The notes under the pieces were generated by a model. The model saw nothing but the letters and a program-made list of their open reading frames with translations. It had not been told where the DNA came from and made no database searches. The translations under genes and the position numbers were made by a program. Below are positions 53,347 to 64,000 of a stretch of DNA of 64,000 nucleotides, piece after piece. Origin of the DNA: Chrysomallon squamiferum. Taxonomy: Eukaryota; Animalia; Mollusca. The stretch spans positions 22,630,001-22,694,000 of the forward strand of contig CM022665.1 in assembly GCA_012295275.1 (NCBI GenBank), read 5' to 3'. Each line of letters opens with the position of its first letter. Position 1 is the first letter of the stretch.

Positions 53347-53510
53347 CTGTACAAAGTGATGGAGGAATAGCAGTTATTATAACAAGTTGTTGCATGCATG
53401 GTAATTGTACTATAAAAAATCTAAAACATGCTTTAGTGCATTATTATAATTAATAGTATTTATTGAAGAAAAAAAAATTCTAGATCAAAAGTGAAATTAG
53501 CAATTATTGA

Positions 53511-53610
53511 TTTTTTGGTTTTAGTAAAATAAAAATTAAAATCTGTCATTTTAATTATTAATTTTTGGTTTTATTAAAAAAAAAAAATTAAAATCTGTCA
53601 TTTTAATTAT
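53511..53610. repeat. Short tandem duplication (2 x about 50 bp)
   Basis: tttttggtttta.taaaa..aaaaattaaaatctgtcattttaattat occurs twice. Confidence 0.75.
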
Positions 53611-56600
53611 CAGAAAAAAAAAAAAAAAAATTTTTAGATAAATATTTCAGAAAATTTTCTTTTTTACTTCCTCCCAAAATAAGGATATAAATTTTGAATG
53701 CTTTATGTTAGAAAATCATAACCAAAAAGTAAAACTGAAACAAATGAAAAATGAAAATGCATAAAGAAAACAAAATTCACAAAAACTAGCAAGGCACTAT
53801 TAAAGACTTTTTATAAAAGGAAAAATAAGGACTAAACTAATAAATATGCCACACAATAATCTAAAGCTAAACATGCAATGCAACATCATTAAATTTCTGA
53901 AGCACCAAAACTTGAAAGATAAAAATAAACTGCTCCATTTGCAAACTTGCCTTGCATGGTATTTACAATACATTAATTTGTGTAGAAATTCTTTATCAAT
54001 TCACTGGGCCGTCAAATAAATGGATTTGGTAGAACACAAGTCACCATATGAAGGTGAATAAACAGGACATTGTTGACTGTACTAAGTGATTGAGGTTTCA
54101 AATGCATTCACAAACAAGTGAAAACAGTAAGCAATAGAAATCATAGTAAACAAAAAGACAAAATAATCTGAAAAACAGTTTTACCAGTTAGTCCAGGTAA
54201 GCAGAAATACAATACTGGCTGGGTAAGATATGGTATAATCCCTAAACAGATTAACTGACCCCATGTTGTGCAAGTTTGGGCAAGCTTAGCTATCCTCAAA
54301 GGAGTAGAGGGAAACTGAAGCAATGCTAGGTAATCACATTTTATATTTATGAACTGTTTAGTATGACATTTTATTATGCCTAAATTGACCAATACGAGTG
54401 GGTGAGGCTCACAGCTAATAGCTGTTGTTATTTTTGAATATATCAATATTAGTCTGAATCATTCACCAAATCCAGTGACTATAAACTTAGACTTCTTTTG
54501 TGTTCTGAGAGTTATTGATATGTTAAGGCTTGATTCATGTGACTGCTTTACTCCGCTAACGTAATTAACTACATTCAAACAATCAATTAAAAATGAACCA
54601 AATCTAACAATGGGTTTAATGCAGTTACATGCAATCACATGCTTGGACTGTTTATTAAATTTATTTATTTTACATCAGAGTAATTATTTTACACAATCAT
54701 AATTCACTTTAAAGTAATTCTTTTAATAAATTTATAAATAAATAAATAAACATAATGCAAATAATGTAAATGAAATAAATAAAATAAACAAAATAAATAA
54801 ATACACAAATAAAATCACCCAAACACCTAACATTTATGTTACAAATAAGAAAGCAGAAGGTCAGTAAATAAAATATTCTTTTATCAGTGTCTGCATGCCT
54901 AAGTGAAGTTTCTTTAACAATATTCAATGAAAATAATATCAATTACATTTTATCTTCAGTCACAGTAATCCTTCTATTGGTCCATTATACTTGTAGGATA
55001 CAAAGCTAAACATAAAACTGATCTGTTGCCAAACAAAGCAGATATTTTGAAAAGTTACCAAAACTTTTCACATTAACAGACTGAAAAGATAATTAATTTT
55101 ATTGTTTTCTTCAACAACAATACTTTGTGCATTAATAATTTTGTTAGATATTTTAAAACCATTTTTAATTGCTTCTTTCTTTCTTTTACTTTTGTTTTAT
55201 AATTATTAAGACAGAATATTTAAAAACATATTGATAACATTTAAAACAACAGAAGAAATTACAAAAAAAATAAAGTAAAATAATAATACAAATTTATCAT
55301 TTCTTATATTTGTAAAAACAATCTTTTAATGTGTATTTTTAAAATATTATTTTTTAATTTTTTATTTATATTATTATTATTATTTTTATTATTAACAACA
55401 GAATATTCTGAAGGATGCAAGTAATCTATTCTAATCAATTCTTTTATGAACATAGTTCTTATTGAACTCTATATTATGCATGCATTTCTGATTATGTAAC
55501 TATTAAAGCTCTAATTATTTGGAACAAAGTTATTTCAGGGATAAACAATTATATCTAGGATATTACAACTGTATTTTGTAAGTAAGTAATTATACTGGAT
55601 ATCGAAAAAAAAATATATATATTAATTTATGTTGTGTATACTCTAATTTTGATGGATTAGGTTTTTTCTTCTGTTTTCAGCTGTCACTTCTTTGATTTAT
55701 TTATTTTGGGGATTAGAGCTAATTTTTTTTTTTTTTTTTTTTTTCTGTGGATCAATGAAAGCAATAAGATTTAACTGACAAAATTTTCCTTTCTTATGTA
55801 TCAATAAATATGACTATAGGGCACTGACAAGGTATTTTACTTTGAAAAAATAAACAATACTGATGATTATTTTTGTTTCTTATTACAAGTCTGAGCACTG
55901 TTTTAAGTATGAATGTGGCTTTGCCCCTAACAAGCTCTATTTCTTATATAACTAGATCAGCAGTTTCTTTTTGAAAATACATGTTGTAACACAGCAATGC
56001 ACTTCAGTTTTTATCAGTGACGAAAAAGGACTTTCTAGCCATGATTAATTTGGTTTCGATTTGTAAAATATTTTCTGCATATATTGACTCAGAAAGCTAA
56101 ATTATATAAATTATAAACAGAACATTTATGCTTCCTATGACTACAAAAGCAGGCATGTAATTTGCTTGAACACACAGATTTTATGTGCAAACATTATTAC
56201 TGAATTCTTGTTTGTGGATGTTAATTGGCCCAGTGAATTTCAGTAAACAAGGAATGGCATGAAAGAATTAACACAAAACAGTAATGTACAAAGCAAATGT
56301 GCTGAATAACAGGTGCAGTCAGAAAGTGATTTATGATGTAACTGTGCTTAACTGTAACAGTCACAAAGCAAACCAGGGTTTGAAGAATTTATTTTTAGTA
56401 CAGTAAAATCAGTTCCTTTGTGTTCCTTTATACACACACACACACACACATATGCATCCATGCATAGATGCTCACACATGTAAACATACATTTACAAACA
56501 TGCATGTGTATAATGTACATATAAAGGAATACTAAATTTCTTTGTAAACAAGTTAGACTGAAACAAAAAACTCTCTTCAAATGTAAAATAATAACAAAGA

Positions 56601-58407
56601 ATTATTGGTTATCATACTATTAACCCTGGACTGTTTTGCTGGGAAAAGGTATGTGCAGAAAAACACTTAAATAAAGTAAATGAATGGTGTCAGAAATTTA
56701 CTGTTATTCAAACAACTATTCCTCCATCACCTGATTAAAGACAACAACACTAAAGTTTTCATGCAATAGTAAGTATAATATCAGTACCTGTATGTCTATG
56801 TTTGTAACCAAACTTCAAGTATGTTGTCTAGTTCTTGGTTAGAAAAATAAAATTCTGCTGCTGCACTCCAAGTTAAGTGCATCATTCCATATCTTCTCTT
56901 GAATACAGTCTAATTTTTCATATATTTCTTTTCCTTTTTGGAACATCTTTTCCCATTTTATTTTCTTCTCATTTTCACAATGTTAACAATAGTTTTGTAT
57001 GGTTTATTGAAAGCTTTACACTCCCCAGTTTTATACTGTATGGTTGTATGTATATTTGTATAAGTATCTACCAAACTACAAATGGCTACAGTTTAAAAAT
57101 CTATTACATTCTGAAATTTAAAAGGACTATTTTTCACACCTCTGAGTTCTAAACAGAAATGCTACAATACAACACACAAAATGTACACTAAATGTTATTG
57201 TATAAAATTACAATGAATTATTTTTTTTTTTTTTTTTTTACATCCTAAAATAAAGGTAATATTTTTCAAATAGAAAAATCACTGACTAAACTATAAACAG
57301 AAAATCCATCATCCATTCATCAGTCAGTCAGTATTTTATGTCCATCCATCCTCCTGGTACAAGACATATTTTTTTTTTTTTTTGTACAAAATATACACAG
57401 GAAATATGCCTTAAAACAATTACAGAAATCATTTTTGTTTGTTCAGTGCATATGGTGACCTGTGAGATTAACTATGCTATGTTTAGTAAAACAGTTTTGA
57501 AAAAACCAACAACAACAACAACAAAAAATCACCCTGATATTAAAAGTTCAGTTTAAAATTTGTTTCTGCATGCAAAGCAAGTAGGCAAACTAATCGACTA
57601 ATCAATGATGGAAGCAGCTTTAATTGCATGCATTTTATTTCTCACTGTTGTCTCAAAAACTATTTTAAATACACTTCTTCACTTTACAGACAACAAACTG
57701 TTGTGAAACAAAAAACAGAATATGCCATATTACTGAATCAAATACAAAAAGAAAAATCATTGTCTTAACTTTTCTTTTAATTACACTGGAAAGCTGATAT
57801 TAAACAACATGATGGAATCCTGTATGTTATTATATTTGTCTGAAATACTAAGACAACTATACTGACAGAAAGAATATGATAATTTGATTATCACATTTCA
57901 TAAAATGCATGCACTCAGACATCTTATTGTAACAATAAGATGATGGAAATTCAAAAAGCTTTTAAAGAAAACCACACAGAATAAAGATTCTAAAAAAAAT
58001 GTTAACTTAGTTTAGTGGTTTGCTGGAAACTGCTTAAAAAACGATTCTCCTCTACTATTCCACAACCAAAATATAATTGTCAAAAGGTGCATTATCTTTT
58101 ATGCTCTCTTTCAGTGAATTAAAGTTTGTTTATGAATTGAGAAAACTAGCTGCACAACACATTTATAAATAAGAAATGTAGATAGTTTTTAGGCATGAGA
58201 TATACCCCAAGTTATATATTAGACACCAAAAATATTTTAAATGTTAGAAACAGTATCTATCTGTTTCTGTTTCATTTTACATTTTTCCTTGTGCAATTGC
58301 AGCAAACCACAATTTCAAGTATTTAAAATAAATAATAATAATAAAATAAAAATGATTAAAAATTCAGTTGGAAAAATGTTAAGTCCAAATGGACAAACTA
58401 TTCCTAC

Positions 58408-58713
58408 CTTCATCAGCATACTTTTGTTCTGTACTGAAGCCTCTGACTGGTCAATACGCTCCAGCTCTCTGACATAGTTCTCCAAGTCTTCATCCATGGT
58501 TTCCTGCTGAGCCTGCAGGTCACGGGCAGAGATCATTTCCTGACAACGTTGATCTATCAGCATGTCCATTTGTCCAAGAAGTTCCTCCCAGTCATCCTGA
58601 AGAGCTCTCATGACTGGGTCAACAAGAGAGGAGTTATGTTCTGTCAGAGAGTTGTACTGGGAGAGAAGTTCTTTGATGGCTGGGCCTCGGGCTTGGATCT
58701 CATCCCTTAATGC
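58408..58713 (-). CDS. SYNE1: SYNE1-like exon (ALRDEIQARG...DDWEELL...SMLMK)
   Basis: cag/gtagga boundaries, 306 nt, phase 0-0. Confidence 0.92.
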
Positions 58714-59126
58714 CTGAAATGAAGAATAAATACAGAAATCAAATAAGGAACAAGAAATAACAGAATATTCTAAATGTGTAAAAATACAAGAATTATTCAT
58801 GAATTATCCAGTTCATACATTTTAGTGGAAAATAATCATTAACGTTATGCAGTTTTTATAAACCAACAAATGAATATCAAATATGATGTATAATAAATAT
58901 TTTGTTAATCTATTTCCAAGTTTATGAAGGCGCATCTATGGTTAAATAACTTAACATATTTTCATAATAAATATCTATCTATTAAAAGGTTTTACTTCTT
59001 GTTTTGGACAATCTGATTAATTTTAAAGCCAAGTAATTGTTTTGTCTAATCTACTGATTCATAATAATGTAATTTTTACTTTGTGTTTTTTATCACAATG
59101 AGTACTTCATTGTTTCTAGAATGTAC

Positions 59127-59303
59127 CTTAAGTTTTTCAATGTCCAGCTCTGCTGCTTCAGCATGTAGTTTGGATGGCTTCTGTTCAAGGTCACTGACCT
59201 CTTCCTGCTTGCTGTGAAGCCAGTGTCGGAGATCTGTTCGTTGACGATCAACATTGTCCCACTGACGTATAATATCTCGCAAGTGATCAAGTCGTTTTTC
59301 AAC
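59127..59303 (-). CDS. SYNE1: SYNE1-like exon (VEKRLDHLRD...LRHWLHSK...IEKLK)
   Basis: tag/gtacat boundaries, 177 nt, phase 0-0. Confidence 0.9.
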
Positions 59304-59566
59304 CTAGACAGAAATAAACACACCAGTAAAATAAGGAATTGATGCTTAAACAATTTTCAGAAATACTACATGAGCTATTAGGTGGAGGCAGATGCAAATA
59401 TATGAATATGTTAATAAAATATTTAAGATTTAAATTAAACCAGAGTATATGTAGCTGTGCAAATTTAAAAAAAAAGAAAAGAAAAAAAGAAAAGAAGCTA
59501 TTTTGAAACATTACATATATTTCTATTACTTATTACTCATGATGGAGCAGTAACAATTTGTCTTAC

Positions 59567-59737
59567 CTGGTTAATGGCATCATGTAACAGTCCATTGACA
59601 GTGTCTGCAAGCTGTGAAACAGAATCAGTTAGAGCAGCCTCTGTCTGGTCCAAACTGTCCATACTACCCAGGTTCTCACAGCGCACAGAGGAATTACACA
59701 ATTCTTGTTTCATCTGGGTTAGTCTGTCTAGCATAGC
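59567..59737 (-). CDS. SYNE1: SYNE1-like exon (AMLDRLTQMK...DAINQ)
   Basis: cag/gtaaga boundaries, 171 nt, phase 0-0. Confidence 0.9.
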
Positions 59738-59943
59738 CTGTAAACAACAACAGACATTTGAATTAAATTTTATTTTCAACAATATTGATAAACAAATAAG
59801 TTAAAAATTACATTTAAAATGGTTTTTATTAACAAAAATTAAATTTCATGTAAAAATTTGGAATTTGTCTTGGGAAATAAATATGATGTACAATATATAT
59901 ATTGTATTTACATATAATACAACACACACACACACACACACAA

Positions 59944-59984
<41 letters not shown>

Positions 59985-60084
59985 AAGTATTATAATATGA
60001 CATGATATATGTTATATGTGACACATTATATATATTATATAATGACAAAACCAGTATCTGTACTTAGCTGAATATAGACTATAC

Positions 60085-60246
60085 CTGGGTACTTTCTCTT
60101 TGTCTCTGGGCTTCTTCAAGGGTGTCAGGAACATTTGTTTCATTTTCCTGTAGCCAAGATGGAAGTTCCTCTTGAAGGAAATACTGGTTCTTTTCCAGCA
60201 GGTCTTTGTACTGTTGCCACTTCTGATAAACTTCATTGAGGTGATC
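60085..60246 (-). CDS. SYNE1: SYNE1-like exon (DHLNEVYQKW...RESTQ)
   Basis: tag/gtatag boundaries, 162 nt, phase 0-0. Confidence 0.9.
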
Positions 60247-60903
60247 CTAAAATATATTCCAAAATGTTACTCGAAACTGACAGAAACATTATTTCTGAAC
60301 TTTTAGTATGTAGTGACACTTACTAAAGTTACAAAAATAATTTCACAAATTATTCCATACAATTCTTTTATCTATTAATTATATTACACTTTTTTATGTA
60401 AGTGATTTTTATATATATATTATGTATGTATGTACGTATGTATGTATGTAATATCTATGTATAAATGCATGAAACAATCTTATATTACACTACAAAGGAA
60501 TATTGTTAAAATACAGTCAAAATATTTGTATAAATAAATTACTAAGATATTGTTGATGTTTGTACAACATTTTTGGAACAATTTATGGTACATATATGAT
60601 TTTCTTATAATGGATTTGTATAGAAAAACAACTATATAATAAACTTTGCTTATCATTTGCCTGCAAATTATTATTACTACTGAAGAAAGATATAATCTCA
60701 TGTTTTCATGTTAATTTATATTCTATTATGATTTTATCTTACGTTATATATGTACTTGTTGATCAATATGTACCAAATGAACATTCAAGAAAATTGATTT
60801 ATTTATATTTATCTCTGATACACGCAACTGCAAATGTTCCATTTATTATTATCTATCTACATTTAATTTAAACCACAAAGATTAATCAGTAGAAAAGTCT
60901 TAC

Positions 60904-60933
60904 CTTTTTGTGTTTTGAAGACCCCTTTCCCAT
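60904..60933 (-). CDS. Putative alternative first coding exon encoding MGKGSSKHKK (N-myristoylation plus polybasic signal)
   Basis: ACAACT-ATG-G Kozak context, 10 codons, then a strong AAG|GTAAGA donor in phase 0, in frame with exon 60085-60246. Confidence 0.6.
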
Positions 60934-63900
60934 AGTTGTTATATAAACAGACAAAAGACTGTGCTATTCTTTTTAACAATTTAAATCTTGAGGTATATTT
61001 ACCATTTTGTATTAATATATTTCTTTTTCATATTTAAAAAAAAGTAAACATATTACCATGTCTGACCGAGCCTTTTTCGTTAAATTGTTTTCTACTTATC
61101 AGCATTTTTATTACCTTTATATTATCATTTACAGCATACATTGTAGAAGATGTAAAAATAAGTTGTGGCAGTTTTCATAATAAAATCTATGCAATATTCT
61201 TAATACACAGTTATGAAAGAAAGATATTGGCAGTGCCACCATAAATCATTTTTATGCAATTAGTTTCTAGTTAAGTGACAATCCAGATTTCTTGCTGATG
61301 GTTGGCTAACACGCAAAGCCAATTAAATCTGAAATCTTACTTCATTGTAAATGTATGAGCAAATCTAAACCCTCTATTTTTGTCTGCATTATCACATGCA
61401 CATAGGCAGTTAATTCTAATACAACAGCAAATTAAGTAAAGCCAAAGATAATTTAAATACACTTTCATAAAAGCCTTAACCAAATGAAAGAAGTGTATTC
61501 AGTTCTAGAGCTAGGTTTTATTGTGTTGCATAGTGATCACATTAATCTGATTCATGTATTTTAATCTAATGTCAAAATGGTAAAAACATTTCAAAATTAA
61601 AATTTATAAAACGTATTCACCCTTAAAATTTTCATTGTTAGAAAAGAAACACACTCAAATACATCAGAATGCACAATATGTTCTTTTCTCATTTTGATAA
61701 TTATCGTAGGTCAAAACATATGATTAGTAAACTTCACTCAAACTTGGGTCTTTGTTAAAACGGGTTTAACTGAATTGTCCACAGTTAGATAATTATTTGC
61801 AGGGAAAATATCACTGTTCAATTCAATTACTGAAATAAACATTCTTTCAAACTTGAGATAACATCAAGTTACAGTATTTCATGGTTAAACCAGACTGAAT
61901 ATTTAGTATTTTTTATATGCAGGTATTTACATCAAAACAGCAGCAAGCAGGAGCTGGAAAGGTTAACTGTCAGTAGGTTTTTGCTGATATTTACCATTTA
62001 GTGAAACTTAAGACGAACATTAATTTGCAAACAATTTTTTTTTTTTTCTTGTTTTAAATTTTAAAACAAATCTTGTATATACTATTTTAAATTGGTGCTT
62101 GTATTTATCTAAAATAAAAAATACAAATGAATTCTATTCTATTTATTCTAAGTTTCTTCTTTTAAGAAGAAGGCATTATTAATCATCTATTTATTATTGT
62201 TATATTCAGCCAGTCCTAATAATCTGTTGTTTTATCTTTCATTAATAAATAACCAATTATATTCTTTTTGTTAAACTGAAACAGCAGTTACTTATACCTT
62301 TTTTGTTTTTGGATTTTTTCTTTAATATGCATTTTCTTTCTTTCTTTATTTATTTACTTATTTGAATTTTATTTAATATATACATCATGTAAGAAAACAC
62401 ATTCCTATAATTACTTTCACTGGTAGATTTAACCAAATTATGATCCCATTTTGTATCCACTGTATTAAACTTTGTATAATTTGCTTACATAGAAAAACTG
62501 ATATTTCTCAAAAATAAAAGTGAATTCTAAAATTATGGTTCTTTTTGTAATTAAAAAAAAAGAAAAAAAAAAGAAACTAGAGATTTTAATATATAAAATA
62601 TCTTTTCTTTTTTTCTTTCTTAATTTTGTTTTATTACACAAAATTAAATGTTGTTTAAATATGATGTATAACTGGGAAAATTCTATTATCTGTCTATTGC
62701 CATGGCATTTCTTATGCATTACATGCAAACATAACAAATAAAAAATAAAAAACAACAAGCCTGGTGCAGAATACATGGTTTATTGGTATATTCACCAAAT
62801 CCATAAATAAATATATATGAATATAATACTGATTGTTTTAAGTAAATGTACTAGTTAACTAGTTAAAAATGGAAAATTAAAATCATATGATAGTAAGTTT
62901 TTTTTAATACAAACATGTAGTAAATGTATAATTAAAGCAGACAGTTAAATATTATTAAATCATGGGCAAGATAGAATAACACACACAACAGAAAATTGTC
63001 TATCAGTTTTCAGCAAATGTTTTGTGTTTATTGTAAGTCATCCCCTTCATGTTTAATTAAAAAACACTGTAATGTAATGCACTGATGGTCTTTTGTTTTA
63101 TACTGCACAATATTTCAATTATATGTAATATCACTATTAAAATATTATCATCAGTTTCACAAGTTCACAAAATTATAATAATATGCAGGATCATGAAATT
63201 TAAAAAAAAATTGCAGTGAGTATATGAATTATTTATCTTTCTCCAGGAAGGACTACATAATTAGCAACTAAAATAAAAACTGATAAATTTTATCACAGTT
63301 AGAAAACATCTAATAAATAAAAGCACACTGATATAAATTAAAATATCACAGAAAGTGAAAATGGACAGAGGTAAAAATAAATATTAACACAGTAATAGGT
63401 GCATAACATAAAGAGCTATGTTATTTCAGCATTTTGTCTATTAATTTCTGTATTTCTGTATTATGCCTCTCTTTGTGATAACTAGCAGGCATTTTGTGTA
63501 ACAGTATACAGACAGTATAATAATACATTCTTGAGAGATTTTGCAAATAAAATATAATCTGTTTCCTCCTGCAGAATATAATATATATGCTGTAGACAAA
63601 TTAAGCAAAGTAAATTTTAGATGATACCAAATTTAAAGTTTAATGTATAAATTTATCAAATGATAAAAAATTAGAAAGCAAATAAGGTAGTCATTGGTAA
63701 TCTTTTCAAACATTTCTAAAATTATAAACTGTTGAAAATTTCTTTCAGTATCAAAAACAATATTTATATTTTATATGTGGTACATCTTTAAATATTTACA
63801 TCACAATGATGCTGAGGTCTGTTATGATTATGTGTCAAACTGCAGTGACATGTGACCAAAATGAATTTTGAACAGCTATATTTAAATATTAATGTCATTA

Positions 63901-64000
63901 TGGCTCCAGTTATCTCATAATAAGAATAAATGATGAAACAACTTTCTGTATTGTCAAATTATGAATCAGCCACAGTTAAAAAGGTAACATTTGTCACATT

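Larger units (their letters stand above)
1..60246 (-). other. SYNE1: Partial multi-exon gene: nesprin-1 / SYNE1-like giant spectrin-repeat protein, central rod (37 exons, about 2,800 aa in window)
   Basis: All 37 exons have AG/GT boundaries with matching phases and join without stops. The peptides show spectrin-repeat helix patterns (W-L..E, L..H). Segments such as KQERYQHSVQDITTKME, DPEGYQAMQATLTMMTDRL and LNSHKDFFSDLEIH match, in order, my recollection of human nesprin-1 (RQQKYQDSLQSISTKME, DPAEQLALQSTLTVLAERM, LDKHKEYFQGLESH). Not database-verified. Confidence 0.85.

Noticed and set aside
56788-56840. Possible small exon reading NQELDNILEVWLQT, resembling spectrin helix A
   Set aside because: All three frames contain stops between the candidate acceptor and donor.
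14859-59804. Plus-strand ORFs overlapping exons (for example 14891-15163, 21197-21415, 29466-29699, 34840-35076, 59574-59804)
   Set aside because: Antisense shadows of GC-richer coding exons; Ser/Cys-rich and with no independent gene structure.
1-60246. Dystrophin, alpha/beta-spectrin or spectraplakin (MACF/Shot) identity
   Set aside because: The repeats are degenerate in the nesprin manner, and several consecutive segments plus the position of the disordered insert match nesprin-1 as I recall it. No EF-hand, GAR, WW or SH3 domains were seen.
1647-62776. Numerous short ORFs with poly-Y/I/F/K/ER/TH/CV runs
   Set aside because: Translations of (AAT)n, (TC)n, (CA)n and poly-A tracts.

Overview
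This is very AT-rich, microsatellite-laden animal genomic DNA; its degenerate interspersed repeats resemble ones I recall from gastropod molluscs (inference). The whole window lies inside one giant minus-strand gene. I traced 37 GT-AG exons (60246 down to 1) that splice into one open frame of about 2,800 aa of tandem spectrin repeats, with 32 of 36 introns in phase 0. The peptide is recognisably collinear with the central rod of nesprin-1/SYNE1; the CH and KASH ends lie outside the window. The main unexplained structure is a probable 'gene within the gene'. An intronic in-frame first exon encodes MGKGSSKHKK, an N-myristoylation plus polybasic signal (60904-60933). Four rod exons later comes an in-frame 560-aa alternative terminal exon (51664-53346). 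That tail is disordered and carries about 9 LC8/DYNLL-type (T)QT motifs, short helical repeats, two class I SH3 ligands and an AKNA-like C-terminal helix. Together these predict an ~842-aa CH-less, KASH-less membrane-anchored isoform. Other notable features: a tandem array of duplicated in-frame splice donors (30248-30465), a CpG-retaining candidate internal promoter where vertebrate nesprin-1beta starts, and an expanded Ser-rich insertion inside one spectrin repeat. All isoform claims are sequence-based predictions that need RNA evidence.
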